A DNA stretch of 64,000 bases from a bacterium (lineage in GTDB: Bacteria > Verrucomicrobiota > Verrucomicrobiia > Limisphaerales > UBA11358). Under the pieces are notes generated by a model. The model was given only the letters and a program-made list of their open reading frames with translations. It was not told the origin of the DNA and searched no databases. A program made the position numbers and the translations under genes. The stretch covers positions 20,730 to 84,729 of the forward strand of contig JAKALA010000004.1 of the NCBI GenBank assembly GCA_021813325.1, given 5' to 3'. This document shows positions 1 through 10,631 of the stretch, one piece after another (position 1 is the stretch's first letter; every line of letters starts with the position of its first letter).

Positions 1-1191
1 CAGCAGGGTGGTCAAATCCGGCAGGACGAAGGCGTCCGGATCCTGCGGGCTGATGAAATTGCGGCCTTTTTCGGTCAAGTCGGCGTCGTGGCTTTTCTCG
101 TCAATCGCGAACAGCAATTCTTCCTTCTCGCGATAAAGATCGACTTTTTTCTGGTCCTTGTGCAGGTCCAGTTCGGCGCGGTTCATCAAGCCGGCGTTCT
201 CGGGATTTTCCAGGAGACGCATCAACTCTTCCGACTTCGGCTGGCCGGTTTTCACGCGGAACAACAGCAACCCGATTTGGTGTTCGAGCCCCGGCGCGTC
301 GGTGACGTTGGAACCATCGGTCGGATGCAATTTTTTGATCAGGTCCATCGCTTCTTTCACAAAGCGATTGCACAACTGTTGCTGGGCGCGGACCAGCGAT
401 TCCACCGTGGGCTTCCATTGCGCGTATTGCTCGTCAAAAGTGTGAACCGCCGGGCCGCTGATGATGAGCGGCGTGCGGGCTTCGTCGATCAAGATGGAGT
501 CCACTTCGTCCACGATGGCGAAATAATGCCCGCGCTGCACCTGCTCTTCTTTGCGCAGGGCCATGCCATTGTCGCGGAGGTAGTCGAACCCAAATTCGGC
601 GTTGGTGCCATAGGTGATGTCGCAGAAATACTGTTCCCGGCGCACCCGGGGCGGCTGATCGTGCAGAATCACCCCGACCGTCAAGCCCAAAAAACGATAA
701 ATGGCCCCCATCCACTCGGCGTCGCGCGAGGCGAGATAATCGTTCACCGTCACCACGTGAACGCCGCGTCCGGTCAAGGCATTCAGGTAAACCGGCAGTG
801 TCGCCACCAGGGTTTTGCCTTCACCCGTGGCCATTTCAGCGATGTGCCCGGTATGCAACGCGTAACCGCCGATCAACTGCACATCAAACGGCACCATTTC
901 CCAGCGAATGGGATGTTCGCGCACCATGATGTCCTGGCCGCAAAGCCGGCGGCAGGCGTTCTTTACCACCGCAAACGCTTCCGGCAAAATCTCGTCCACC
1001 CTGGCCGCCAGTTGATCTTTGTCTTGGATTTGAGAAAGCTCCTCCTTCCACGCCGTGGTTTTGGCACGCAAATCATCATCCGTAAGGTTTTGCAGCCCGG
1101 CTTCAATTTCATTGATGCGGGCGACCACCGGACGAATCTTTTTAACGTCACGATCGTTCTTGGAAGGGAAAATCGCTTTGAAAAAATTCAC
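1..1191 (-). CDS. secA: Preprotein translocase ATPase SecA (5' part, runs off the window start)
   Basis: Minus-strand translation from GTG at 1191: [21 protein letters not shown]...[54 protein letters not shown], with [19 protein letters not shown] downstream. These are diagnostic SecA motifs. The + strand 387-aa ORF is its antisense shadow. Confidence 0.97.
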   Translation of the reverse strand, partial: MNFFKAIFPSKNDRDVKKIRPVVARINEIEAGLQNLTDDDLRAKTTAWKEELSQIQDKDQLAARVDEILPEAFAVVKNACRRLCGQDIMVREHPIRWEMVPFDVQLIGGYALHTGHIAEMATGEGKTLVATLPVYLNALTGRGVHVVTVNDYLASRDAEWMGAIYRFLGLTVGVILHDQPPRVRREQYFCDITYGTNAEFGFDYLRDNGMALRKEEQVQRGHYFAIVDEVDSILIDEARTPLIISGPAVHTFDEQYAQWKPTVESLVRAQQQLCNRFVKEAMDLIKKLHPTDGSNVTDAPGLEHQIGLLLFRVKTGQPKSEELMRLLENPENAGLMNRAELDLHKDQKKVDLYREKEELLFAIDEKSHDADLTEKGRNFISPQDPDAFVLPDLTTLL

Positions 1192-1228
1192 AGTAATCTT
1201 TCTGTAATCAGGTTAAAAATGAACAAAT

Positions 1229-1254
1229 ACGCTACGCGACCAAACGCGTAGCGT
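1229..1254. repeat. 10-bp perfect-stem hairpin upstream of secA
   Basis: ACGCTACGCG-accaaa-CGCGTAGCGT, about 38 nt upstream of the secA start. Function unknown. Confidence 0.5.
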
Positions 1255-1370
1255 CAAAGCGAAACCAATCAAGGCTTGGGCAGCGGGCGCAACTTGGCAC
1301 CGTCCTTAAGAAAGAGGGTAACGGTTCCTCACCGACAAAAAGCAAACCACAACGCAATACGTGTCAACTC

Positions 1371-1995
1371 ATGGAACCACCCACCCAGCGATTGCCCAGT
1401 CTTGCGGACATCGAACGTGAAGTTGCGGACGAAGGCCGCGAATGGATGCAGCCACGGCTGCAAGAACGACGCCAGCGACTTGCCAACGGACAGGGCGAGG
1501 TTTTTCCCTCTCCAGCACCGCCGGCGACGAAGGCTCACCCGCCAGAGCGAATTCGGCGAGGTCAGTCTGACCGTTGATTACGGGCAAGATCCCCCAAGCC
1601 GGGAATGGGGTTGGCCGGTCCAACGGGCGTGGGAACTGAAGCCGCATCAAAAATTGATGCCCGGCTTGGCCGAGCAGTTGTGTTTTACGGTCGCGGCCAC
1701 CGGCAGTTACGAGGCGGCGGCGGGGGGCAGCAAATGGGGCGTGCCCGTGGACGATTCAAAGTTGCGCGTCTTGGGGCAACGCATCGGAGCACAGGCCGAG
1801 GGCCAGGCCCGGGAACGGCTGGCCACGCCGGCCCAAGAACGGGAACCGCAACGGACCGCCACGCCCTTGGACGTATTGATGGTGGATGGCTGGCAGGTGC
1901 GGCAGCGCGGCGAAGGCTGGGGGAAAAGGAAAACGTCCAAATCCCGCGTGGAATGGCACGAACTAAAGTTTGAATTTTCATGCCCTACCTTGTGA
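1371..1995 (+). mobile_element. Truncated ISKra4-family (IS256/Mutator-like) transposase remnant
   Basis: Short ORF1 (SLADIEREVADEGREWMQPRLQER...EVFP) overlaps a -1 frame (FFPL...GEVSLTVDYG...SYEAA...LMVDGWQVR...EWHELK) across GGTTTTTCCCTC at ~1499. The first catalytic Asp (vDG) and WxExK motif are present. The ORF ends right after, so the rest of the DDE core is missing. Confidence 0.7.
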
Positions 1996-2104
1996 CAGGA
2001 CCCAAACCCGCAAGCCAACCATTTTTTATCCCTCACACCTCACACCTCATACCCACGGGACTCCTGTGTTTCCAAATCAATCTTTTCCGCGTAATGTGCG
2101 GGAA

Positions 2105-4387
2105 ATGACTTCCCGTTCCGCAAGTTTTTGCCGATTGCTCGCCATCGTGAATCTGGCGCTGTCGGTTCGGCTCCGCGCCGAGGTGTTATCCGTCAGCATT
2201 CCCAGGCCACCCGCGCCGGAGACGGGCTATTTCAAATTGGGCACCATTACCAATCCCGCAGGACAGGAAATCTCGGTGAACAGCCGCAGTCTGCTGCTCA
2301 ACGGCCAGCCGTGGTTTCCGGTGATGGGCGAAATCCACTATGCCCGCGTGCCGCAAGCCGAATGGCGCGACGAGTTGCTCAAGATGAAAGCTGGTGGCAT
2401 TGACATTGTGGCCACTTACGTTTTCTGGATTCACCACGAGGAAGTTGAAGGCCAGTGGGATTGGCGCGGTCGTCGCGATTTGCATCAATTCATCGAAACC
2501 TGCCGCGCATTGGAATTGAAAGTCATCGTGCGCTGCGGTCCGTGGTGCCACGGTGAAGTGCGCAACGGCGGCTTTCCAGACTGGGTCATGGCGCATCAGG
2601 ATTGGAAGCTATGTTCCACCGATACCAATTTTCTCGGAGCCGTAAAGCGGCTTTACGCTCAGATCAGCCAACAACTTCATGGCGAACTGTGGAAAGACGG
2701 TGGGCCCGTCATCGGCATTCAGGTGGACAACGAATTCGGCGGTTCACCGAAATACTTGCTCGCCCTCAAACAAATCGCAGTGGAAGCCGGGATTGACGTG
2801 CCGTTCTACATTAAAACCGGCTGGCCGGCCATGAAAACGCCGGTGCCATTGGGCGAACTCATCCCGCTGTTTGGCGCCTACGCCGATGGTTTTTGGGATC
2901 GCACCCTGCGGCCCATGAACGGCAACAGTTGGGAAAATTTCACCTTCAGGCACACGCGCACGGATACCGGCGTGGGCAATGACACGCTGGGCAATCGCCA
3001 GGCACGCGATACCGCCGGCACGGAAAAATATCCGTATCTGACCTGCGAAATCGGCGGCGGCATGCCGGCCTCCTATCATCGGCGGATGAATTATGATCCG
3101 CGCGATGTCGAAGCGGTGGCGCTTTGCCAACTCGGCAGCGGCAGCTCGCTGATGGGTTATTACATGTATCACGGCGGCCAGAATCCGGATGGCAAACTCA
3201 CCACGCTTCAGGAAAGTCAGGCCACCGGCTACCCCAACGATCTGCCGGTGAAGTCTTACGATTTCAACGCGCCGATTGGCGAATTCGGTCAGATCAATCC
3301 GCAATATTACTGGCTACGGCGCCTGCACCTTTTCCTGCACACGTTCGGCAATGCGCTGGCACCGATGCCAACCACGTTTCCAGAAATGCATCCGACGAAC
3401 AAGAACAACCTCGCCACGTTGCGTTGGGCCGTTCGCTCAGATGGCCATTCAGGCTACGTTTTTGTGAACAATTACGAACGGCTCCGTCCGCTGCCTGCGA
3501 AGCCGGAGGTGCAGTTCAAACTGAATTTGCCCGGAGGCGAACTGGTTTTCCCGCCCAAGCCGGTCACCATTCCCACTGACGCTTTTTTCTTCTGGCCTTT
3601 CAATCTTTACGTCAGCGGCACGCGGCTGATCTACGCCACGGCCCAGCCCATTGGCAAAACCGAAATAGGCGACGTTCAGATATATTACTTCGCCGAAACG
3701 CCCGGCATAAAGGCTGACTTTGCTTTTGATCCCGCCGGTTTGTTAGGAGAAGCCAAAGGCAATTCGCAAGGACCGCAAGCCGTTTTTGAAAACGTCCGGC
3801 CCAGCCGGGAACCGGCCTTCACCGTGACCAATAAACTCGGTGAACCCATTCAAATTGTTCTGCTCAGTGACGCCGATTCACTGGCGCTGCGAAAAACGGC
3901 TGACGGCAAAATCTTTTTTGATCCGCCTGCCAGATTCAAATCCGTCGCACCAAAGACTGAACTTATCATGTCAGCCGGCCCCGCCCGCGAAATTCCGCTA
4001 AACAGCAAAACGCACCTTGCCCTTGCGCCGACGGATGCTGATTTCACCAACGCCGCTGTTTGGAAAATCCGCTTGCCCGCCCGGCTGGACATGGCCACCG
4101 ATCCCCTGCTCCGCATTCGCTACCTTGGAGACGTCGCCCGCCTGACCTTAAACGGCAAATTGATCGCCGATAATTTTTACTCCGGACGCGAATTCGACCT
4201 GGGTTTGAAGCGTTACGCACCGGAAATTCTAGCCGGCGATCTGCGACTTGAAATTTTGCCGCTCCGCAAAGATGCGCCGGTTTTCTTTGAGCCGAAGGAC
4301 AAGCCGGATTTCGACACCAATGAAACGTTGTTGAAACTTCAATCGGCGAACATTCTCCAGCGTTCCGGGGTTGAAACGGCAAAGTAA
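2105..4387 (+). CDS. GH35 beta-galactosidase, secreted
   Basis: GEIHYARVP, KMKAGGIDIVATYVFWIHHEE, RCGPWCHGEVRNGGFPDW, GGPVIGIQVDNE, CEIGGG, YYMYHGGQN, SYDFNAPIGEFG. Signal-like N-terminus. Start set at the ATG at 2105. Confidence 0.92.
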   Translation: MTSRSASFCRLLAIVNLALSVRLRAEVLSVSIPRPPAPETGYFKLGTITNPAGQEISVNSRSLLLNGQPWFPVMGEIHYARVPQAEWRDELLKMKAGGIDIVATYVFWIHHEEVEGQWDWRGRRDLHQFIETCRALELKVIVRCGPWCHGEVRNGGFPDWVMAHQDWKLCSTDTNFLGAVKRLYAQISQQLHGELWKDGGPVIGIQVDNEFGGSPKYLLALKQIAVEAGIDVPFYIKTGWPAMKTPVPLGELIPLFGAYADGFWDRTLRPMNGNSWENFTFRHTRTDTGVGNDTLGNRQARDTAGTEKYPYLTCEIGGGMPASYHRRMNYDPRDVEAVALCQLGSGSSLMGYYMYHGGQNPDGKLTTLQESQATGYPNDLPVKSYDFNAPIGEFGQINPQYYWLRRLHLFLHTFGNALAPMPTTFPEMHPTNKNNLATLRWAVRSDGHSGYVFVNNYERLRPLPAKPEVQFKLNLPGGELVFPPKPVTIPTDAFFFWPFNLYVSGTRLIYATAQPIGKTEIGDVQIYYFAETPGIKADFAFDPAGLLGEAKGNSQGPQAVFENVRPSREPAFTVTNKLGEPIQIVLLSDADSLALRKTADGKIFFDPPARFKSVAPKTELIMSAGPAREIPLNSKTHLALAPTDADFTNAAVWKIRLPARLDMATDPLLRIRYLGDVARLTLNGKLIADNFYSGREFDLGLKRYAPEILAGDLRLEILPLRKDAPVFFEPKDKPDFDTNETLLKLQSANILQRSGVETAK

Positions 4388-4409
4388 ATCTGTTCCCATC
4401 CTTATTCGC

Positions 4410-6662
4410 ATGAAATTCAAACTGGTGATCTCACTGTTCGCCGTCCTCGCCTACGTGGCACAACTGTCCGCCGCTGATTTGACGCTCTGGTATCAACAGC
4501 CGGCCTCCGACAAAAAGCCCATGGATGAAGCATTGCCCATTGGCAACGGCCGCATGGGCGGATTGATCTTCGGCGCCCCTGAACGCGAGCGCATCATCGT
4601 CAACGAAGACAGTCTTTGGACCGGCGGCGAAAATCCGTCCGGCAATTACGACACCATGGGCGCTTACCAAGTGCTGGGTAATGTCTTTGTGAAATTCGAA
4701 GGAACGACAAACGTGACCGATTATCGGCGCGATCTGGATCTGGCCACGGCGCTGGCGCACGTCAGCTACATTGCGAACGGAACTCAATTTGAACGCGAGT
4801 TTCTGTGCAGTCATCCGGCAGGCGTGCTGGCAGCCCGGTTCACGGCCAATAAAAAGGCGGCTTGCACCGGCAGCATTGAACTACAAGATACCCATGACGC
4901 AAAAATTTCCGCGGATGGCCAGGGGCTGGTTGCTTCGGGGACATTGAGTAACGGAATGAAGTTTGAATGGCAGTTGCGCGTGCTGAACCAGGGTGGCTCG
5001 GTGAAATTGACTCCCGGCATCGCCGGGCAGGCCGACGCCGCGCAAATCAAATTTGCCGGGTGCAACTCGCTCACGCTGCTCATCGTCGCCGGCACGGATT
5101 ACGCGTTTGATTATGCCAGCCATTTTCACGGAACTGATCCGCATGCTGTATTGACGAAACGGATGGACGCCGCCGCGAAGAAAAGTTTTGCCGTGCTCAA
5201 GCGGGATCACATCAAAGATTATCAGGCCATGTTCAATCGCATGGCGGTGGATTTCAGCAAATCCACCACGGCGCAGACGAAGTTGCCCACCGATCAACGC
5301 AAGCTGAAAGCCTTCAAAACCGTCGATCCCGGCCTTGAAGCGCTGCTGTTTCAATACGGTCGTTATCTCTTGATCGCGTGTTCCCGGCCGGGCGGGCTGC
5401 CGGCCAATTTGCAGGGATTGTGGAACGACAACAATTCGCCCGCGTGGCATTCCGATTACCACGCCAACATCAACATCCAGATGAATTACTGGCCGGCCGA
5501 ACCCGCCAATTTAACCGAATGCGCCGAGCCATTCTTCGACTTGGTGAACAGCCAACTTCCCGCGTGGCGCAAAGCGACCGCAAAGGCCAAGGAATTCAAA
5601 ACCGCCGATGGACAATTCGCAAAACGCGGATTTGCCATTCGCACCTCGCACAACATTACCGGCGGCATGGGCTGGCGATGGGATAACACCGCGAACGCGT
5701 GGTATTGCCTGCATTACTGGGAGCATTTTGCGTTTGACCGCGACACGAACTTCCTGCGCCAGACCGCTTATCCCATCATGAAAGAAACGTGCGAATTTTG
5801 GCAGGATCAGCTCAAAACGCTCCCGGATGGAAAACTCGTCGTGCCCGACGCCTGGTCGCCGGAACATGGGCCCAGCGAAGATGGCGTGAGTTACAGCCAG
5901 GAAATTGTCTGGAACCTGTTCAACAACTTCGTTCAAGCCGCCGATGTGCTTGGCACCGATCAGGAATATCGCGGGCAAGTCGCCGCCATGCGTGATCACC
6001 TGGCCACGCCCGGCATCGGCAGTTGGGGGCAATTGCTGGAATGGATGCATGAACAGCACAATCCAAAATATCCGGAGCTCGACACGCCCAACGATCATCA
6101 CCGACACACGTCGCATTTGTTTGCGGTTTATCCCGGCGACCAAATTAGCGTGACCAAGACGCCGGCGCTGGCGGCTGCCGCGAAAGTGACGCTCGACGCG
6201 CGCGGCATTGCCGCCGACAGCGACGTGCGTGAATGGTCCTTTGCCTGGCGCACGGCGCTTTACGCCCGATTGCATGATGCCGAAAAAGCGCACCTGATGT
6301 TGCAGCAGCTTTTTTCCGCGCGTAACACCTGCCCCAATTTGTTTGGACTGCATCCGCCTATGCAGATAGATGGGAATTTCGGCATCACCGCCGGCATCGC
6401 CGAAATGCTGCTGCAATCGCAGACGGGTGAAATTGAGTTGCTGCCCGCGCTGCCGACTGAATGGCCTGCCGGAGCCGTTTCAGGTTTGCGGGCGCGGGGT
6501 GATTATGAAGTAAACCTGTCGTGGACGGATGGAAAACTCAGCTCCGTCACCGTGAAAAACATCAACGGCAGCGGTCATGTGAAATTGCGCTATGGCGATC
6601 TAACTACGGAAATCGAGTTGAAACGCGGAGACCAGCGCACGCTCAACGCCCACCTGCAATAA
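4410..6662 (+). CDS. GH95 alpha-L-fucosidase/alpha-L-galactosidase, secreted
   Basis: ALPIGNGRMG, LFQYGRYLLIACSRPG, PANLQGLWN, SDYHANINIQMNYWPAE, SPEHG, HRHTSHL, HPPMQIDGNFG, LLPALP..W..G.V.GLRARG. Signal peptide present. Confidence 0.95.
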   Translation: MKFKLVISLFAVLAYVAQLSAADLTLWYQQPASDKKPMDEALPIGNGRMGGLIFGAPERERIIVNEDSLWTGGENPSGNYDTMGAYQVLGNVFVKFEGTTNVTDYRRDLDLATALAHVSYIANGTQFEREFLCSHPAGVLAARFTANKKAACTGSIELQDTHDAKISADGQGLVASGTLSNGMKFEWQLRVLNQGGSVKLTPGIAGQADAAQIKFAGCNSLTLLIVAGTDYAFDYASHFHGTDPHAVLTKRMDAAAKKSFAVLKRDHIKDYQAMFNRMAVDFSKSTTAQTKLPTDQRKLKAFKTVDPGLEALLFQYGRYLLIACSRPGGLPANLQGLWNDNNSPAWHSDYHANINIQMNYWPAEPANLTECAEPFFDLVNSQLPAWRKATAKAKEFKTADGQFAKRGFAIRTSHNITGGMGWRWDNTANAWYCLHYWEHFAFDRDTNFLRQTAYPIMKETCEFWQDQLKTLPDGKLVVPDAWSPEHGPSEDGVSYSQEIVWNLFNNFVQAADVLGTDQEYRGQVAAMRDHLATPGIGSWGQLLEWMHEQHNPKYPELDTPNDHHRHTSHLFAVYPGDQISVTKTPALAAAAKVTLDARGIAADSDVREWSFAWRTALYARLHDAEKAHLMLQQLFSARNTCPNLFGLHPPMQIDGNFGITAGIAEMLLQSQTGEIELLPALPTEWPAGAVSGLRARGDYEVNLSWTDGKLSSVTVKNINGSGHVKLRYGDLTTEIELKRGDQRTLNAHLQ

Positions 6663-6667
6663 TTCCA

Positions 6668-8494
6668 ATGAAACCGAAATGGCTCGTATTCGTCGGTTGC
6701 TTGATTTGTCTTTCGAGTGAGATGGCATTCTCATCGGAGCCGGATATTATGAGCGGCCTCCGACCAGAACACCCGCGGCTGATCATCACCAGCGAACGTT
6801 GGACCGAGTTGCGAGCCAGTTGCACCAACCATCCCGAGGTCGCGGCCATCGTGGCTCAATGCGTGGCGCGCGCCCGCAACGTGCTGAATGCGCCACCGCT
6901 GGTTTACAAGAAGGAGGGAAAACGGCTGCTGTCGGTTTCGCGCGAAGCCGTGCGCCGGATTGTGCTTACCAGTTTTGCCTACCGCATGACCGGCGAAAAG
7001 GTGTTTTTCGACCGCTCCCGTCAGGACATGCTGGCCGCCGCGAATTTCTCCGATTGGAATCCATCGCATTTTCTCGACGTCGGCGAAATGACCGCCGCCC
7101 TGGCCATCGGCTACGACTGGCTGTTTGCCGATTTACCGGCTGCCGATCGCGCGACCATAGAAAAAGCCATCGAAGAAAAAGGCGTTCAGCCCGGTTTGTC
7201 AGCCACCAATTCCGAGAATTGGTGGCATCGGGCGGAAAACAATTGGAACCAAGTCTGTTTTGGCGGCTTAACGCTCGGCGCACTGGCCATTGCCGACAAA
7301 TCACCAAACACCGCCCGCGAGTTACTCACGCTTGCTCGCAAAGATAATTTGAACGGCCTCAAGCCATATGCGCCGGATGGCATTTATCCCGAAGGCCCGA
7401 GCTACTGGGGCTACGGCACGTCGTATGAGGTGCTGATGCTTTCGGCACTCCAGACCGCCTTGGGCACGGATTGGGACTTGGCCACGCAACCCGGCTTTCT
7501 AGCCAGCGCCGGCGCACTGCTGGAACAAATTGGACCGACCGGACGACCGTTCAATTTTTCCGACAGTCACGATGGGGTGCTTTTTGATTCATCGCTGTTT
7601 TGGTTTGCGCAAACGCTGCATCAACCGGGCCTCGTGTATTTTCAGAATCAGCAATTGCTCCAAAAACTAAACGGCGCCCGATCCGATGGCGGATTCGATC
7701 GTTTTTTCCCGCTCGTGGCGCTTTGGGTTGATCATTTACCTGCGCCCATTCCACAGCCTGATTTGCCGCTCGCCTGGCACGGTGAAGGACGAAATCCCAT
7801 CGGCGTTTTCCGCAGTTCATGGACCGATACCAACGCGCTTTTTCTCGCCTTCAAAGGCGGTTCCGCCAGCAACAATCACGGGCACATGGACGCCGGCTCC
7901 TTCGTGCTCGATGCCAAGGGGGTTCGCTGGGCCAGCGATCTTGGCGCGCAGGATTATCTCTCGATCGAATCCAAAGGCTGGAATCTCTGGAACAGCAGCC
8001 AACAAAGTGATCGTTGGCGGGTTTATCGGCTGAATAATTTCAGTCACAACACGCTCACGCTCGGCGGCCAACTGCACGCGGTCAAAGGTTTTGCCCGCAT
8101 CACGGCTTTTACCACGAACGCGGCGACGGTTGATCTTTCGCCAATTTTCGCCGGCCAGGCCAAACACGTTTTGCGCCAGTTCTCCGTTGGCAAAAACGAG
8201 CGCGTCACCATTCGCGATGACATTGCCGAAGCCAAACCCGGATTGAGCGTCCGCTGGCAAATGCTCACCCACGCCGACATCCAGACCGATCATCAACGCG
8301 CCACGCTCCGCTTGAATGGTCAGGAATTGCGCGCGAAAATCATCTCTCCGGCGAATGCTGAATTTGAAATCGCCAGCGCGCAGCCGCCGGATGACGGAGT
8401 AAACCAAGCCAACCCCAGTGCCCGCATTCTGGCCGTCAATGCCAGCGTGCCTGAAACCGGAAAACTCACTGTCGAAGTTGAACTTCAGCCGTAA
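6668..8494 (+). CDS. Heparinase II/III-like polysaccharide lyase (alpha/alpha toroid plus beta-sandwich)
   Basis: HPRL N-terminal motif, WNPSHFLDVGEM, NNWNQVC, EGPSYWGYG, HGHMDAGSF, HNTL. Signal peptide present. Confidence 0.85.
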   Translation: MKPKWLVFVGCLICLSSEMAFSSEPDIMSGLRPEHPRLIITSERWTELRASCTNHPEVAAIVAQCVARARNVLNAPPLVYKKEGKRLLSVSREAVRRIVLTSFAYRMTGEKVFFDRSRQDMLAAANFSDWNPSHFLDVGEMTAALAIGYDWLFADLPAADRATIEKAIEEKGVQPGLSATNSENWWHRAENNWNQVCFGGLTLGALAIADKSPNTARELLTLARKDNLNGLKPYAPDGIYPEGPSYWGYGTSYEVLMLSALQTALGTDWDLATQPGFLASAGALLEQIGPTGRPFNFSDSHDGVLFDSSLFWFAQTLHQPGLVYFQNQQLLQKLNGARSDGGFDRFFPLVALWVDHLPAPIPQPDLPLAWHGEGRNPIGVFRSSWTDTNALFLAFKGGSASNNHGHMDAGSFVLDAKGVRWASDLGAQDYLSIESKGWNLWNSSQQSDRWRVYRLNNFSHNTLTLGGQLHAVKGFARITAFTTNAATVDLSPIFAGQAKHVLRQFSVGKNERVTIRDDIAEAKPGLSVRWQMLTHADIQTDHQRATLRLNGQELRAKIISPANAEFEIASAQPPDDGVNQANPSARILAVNASVPETGKLTVEVELQP

Positions 8495-8557
8495 GGTGGA
8501 ACAAAACCAATTGAAATTGATTCCATCTGTCCGCAGTTCCTGTTTCAATTTCCGCCC

Positions 8558-9844
8558 ATGAAAATTTTGGTCATCGGTTCGGGCGGACGCGAACACGCCC
8601 TCGTCTGGAAACTCGCGCAGTCACCGCACGCCACGCAGGTGTGGTGCGCGCCCGGCAACGCCGGCATCGCTCAGGAACGCCTCGCCCAAAAGGGCAACGC
8701 TGTCGAATGTGTGAGCATTGGCGCGGAAGATTTGCCCAAACTGCTGGCCTTCGCGCAGGAGAAGAAGGTGGATTTCACCGTCGTCGGCCCGGACAACCCG
8801 CTGGCGCTCGGCATCGTGGATTTGTTTCAGCAGAATGGCCTCAAGATTTGGGGCGTGAACCAGAAAGCCGCGCAATTCGAGTCTTCCAAAGTTTTCTCGC
8901 AGAAATTCATGGAGAAATACGGCATCCCGACCGCGGCTGCCGAAACGTTCTCTGATGTCGTCGCTGCCAAGAAATTCGCCGCCAGCCTTGGAAAATGCGT
9001 CGTGAAAGCTGACGGCCTCGCGCTCGGCAAAGGGGTTTTGATTTGCCACAACCAAACCGAAGCCGAAAAGGCCGTGGACGAAATCATGGTCAGCAAGGCG
9101 TTTGGGGCAGCGGGCGCCAATGTCGTCATCCAGGAATTTCTCGAAGGCATCGAAGTGTCGCTCCACGCGTTGTGCGATGGCACCACAGCCAAGATTTTCC
9201 CCACGTCGCAGGATCACAAGCGCGCCCTCGAAAACGATGAAGGCCTCAACACCGGCGGCATGGGCGCGTATTCGCCCACGCCGTTCCTCAACGACGCGCA
9301 GCTCGCCGGCGTCGCCGCCAAAGTGCTTGAACCTTTCATGCGCGGCTGTGTGGCCGAGGGTATTGATTATCGCGGCCTGCTCTATCCCGGCGTGATGCTC
9401 ACAAAAAGCGGCCCGAAGATTCTGGAATTCAACGCCCGCTTCGGCGATCCCGAAACACAGGTGTATTTGACCCGGTTGGAAAATGATTTGGTGGAACTGC
9501 TCGACGCCAGCGCGAGCGGCACGTTGGCAAAACAGGAATTGAAATGGAAACCCGAAGCCAGCGTATGCGTCATCCTGGCCAGCGGCGGTTATCCTGAAAA
9601 TTATCCCAAGGGCAAAATCATCACCGGCTTGGATGTCGCGAACAAATTGCCCGGCGTAAAAATTTTCCACGCGGGCACGGCATTGAAGGATGGGCAGATC
9701 GTCACGAGCGGCGGCCGCGTCCTTGGCGTGACCGCGCTCGGCAAGGATTTAAAAACCGCGCAAGCCGCTGCGTATGCCGCCGTGGCAAGCATCCAGTTCG
9801 AAGGCGCGCGCTTCCGCCGCGACATTGCCAGCAAAGCTTTGTAG
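8558..9844 (+). CDS. purD: Phosphoribosylamine-glycine ligase
   Basis: MKILVIGSGGREHAL, APGNAG, KADGLALGKGV, QDHKR..G.NTGGMGAYSP, LEFNARFGDPETQ, TSGGRVL. Confidence 0.98.
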   Translation: MKILVIGSGGREHALVWKLAQSPHATQVWCAPGNAGIAQERLAQKGNAVECVSIGAEDLPKLLAFAQEKKVDFTVVGPDNPLALGIVDLFQQNGLKIWGVNQKAAQFESSKVFSQKFMEKYGIPTAAAETFSDVVAAKKFAASLGKCVVKADGLALGKGVLICHNQTEAEKAVDEIMVSKAFGAAGANVVIQEFLEGIEVSLHALCDGTTAKIFPTSQDHKRALENDEGLNTGGMGAYSPTPFLNDAQLAGVAAKVLEPFMRGCVAEGIDYRGLLYPGVMLTKSGPKILEFNARFGDPETQVYLTRLENDLVELLDASASGTLAKQELKWKPEASVCVILASGGYPENYPKGKIITGLDVANKLPGVKIFHAGTALKDGQIVTSGGRVLGVTALGKDLKTAQAAAYAAVASIQFEGARFRRDIASKAL

Positions 9845-9877
9845 GCGTTGAGGTGACGAGGTGACGAGGCTCAAACT
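9841..9877 (+). repeat. Degenerate half of a GTAG-type REP element; its GTAG supplies the purD stop codon
   Basis: GTAGGcgttGAGGTGACGAG(GTGACGAG)GCTCAAACT resembles the arms of the element inside mod (55827-55896: GTAGGAGCCGA..GAGGCTCAAACT and revcomp GTAGGAGCCGAGGTCACGAGGCTC). Confidence 0.55.
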
Positions 9878-9913
9878 TTTCTGACCGAGACTGGCGCTAA
9901 CCGCACGAATAGG

Positions 9914-10274
9914 TTGTCACCGCCACCGTCATTGCCCCGGCCGGCCAGCGGGTGCATGAAGACGGTAGTCATACCAACATTCCACCGCAACCGGTCAGCC
10001 AGCGAACTTTCCTTTCGGCGGTCAAATCGTCAGCAATGCGATGTCGCCGCGGATTCAGGTGCCGGGAATCATTTCGTTATTCTTGTCCGGTTTTTACTTC
10101 GCCGTTGAAATTTCCTGAATGAAAAGCCCGGTCAGGTTTTGGAACTGTGGCCATTTTTTACGGCTTGAATTGGCACAATTGCCCCCTGATTTTGGCACGC
10201 TTCTCACTTTGCCGGTGATCTTCAGTGTCTGTATGCTGTTAGCTCAAAAACAACCCGATCAACTTGCCTTCAAT
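9914..10274 (+). repeat. ~360-bp imperfect direct repeat, copy 1 (includes an orphan copy of the ECF gene 3' end)
   Basis: Aligns colinearly with 12243-12605: TTGTCACCGCCACC..GGGTGCATGAAGACGG..GGTTTTGGAACTGTGGCCATTT..GCTCAAAAACAAC..CAACTTGCCTT. Confidence 0.9.
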
Positions 10275-10553
10275 CTTCATCACGATGAGGACGTCCAGAT
10301 TTAAATCAACGGATTGCCGGCCGATTATCAGGCCGTGCCGATATTGAATTTTGCCAACATCGCCTCGGAAGCGCAGGCCAATCAGAGCTTGGATCTTTTG
10401 GACAAGATTTTTGCCAGCGTGGCGGCCAAAAGCAGTGGTTTTCTCAATGCCGACGAAATCGCCAATTTTCAAACTTTCCGAACCAACGCCATCAATACCA
10501 GCCGGATGATGCTGACCATGAACCGCAATTTGATGGCGCCCATCGGGAAATGA
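10262..10553 (+). pseudogene. Orphan C-terminal fragment of a probable extended ECF sigma or exported helical protein
   Basis: Protein-like frame GLPADYQAVPILNFANIASEAQANQSLDLLDKIFASVAAKSSGFLNADEIANFQTFRTNAINTSRMMLTMNRNLMAPIGK*. It has an upstream in-frame stop and no proper 5' part. Confidence 0.5.
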
Positions 10554-10590
10554 ACTGGATTAGCCGTGCATCACTTGCATTCGTAAAAAA

Positions 10591-10631
10591 CTTTGTCGGA
10601 TTTGCGGGCGGACGGTTGTTTAATGGGTGAG
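10591..10631 (+). promoter_or_regulatory. Putative autoregulatory ECF promoter (short leader)
   Basis: CTTTGTCGGATTT-N8-CGGTTGTTTAATGGGTGAG, the same motif and spacing as 15250-15290, directly at the start codon. Confidence 0.7.

Noticed and set aside
88-1251. 387-aa plus-strand ORF
   Set aside because: It is the antisense shadow of secA. The same applies to the long shadow ORFs at 8621-9670, 31401-32609, 39544-41055, 45093-46793 and 55280-56392.
1320-2005. Terminal inverted repeats for the IS remnant
   Set aside because: Only weak similarity (GGTTCCT at ~1323 versus AGGACCC at ~1997), with no clear target duplication.
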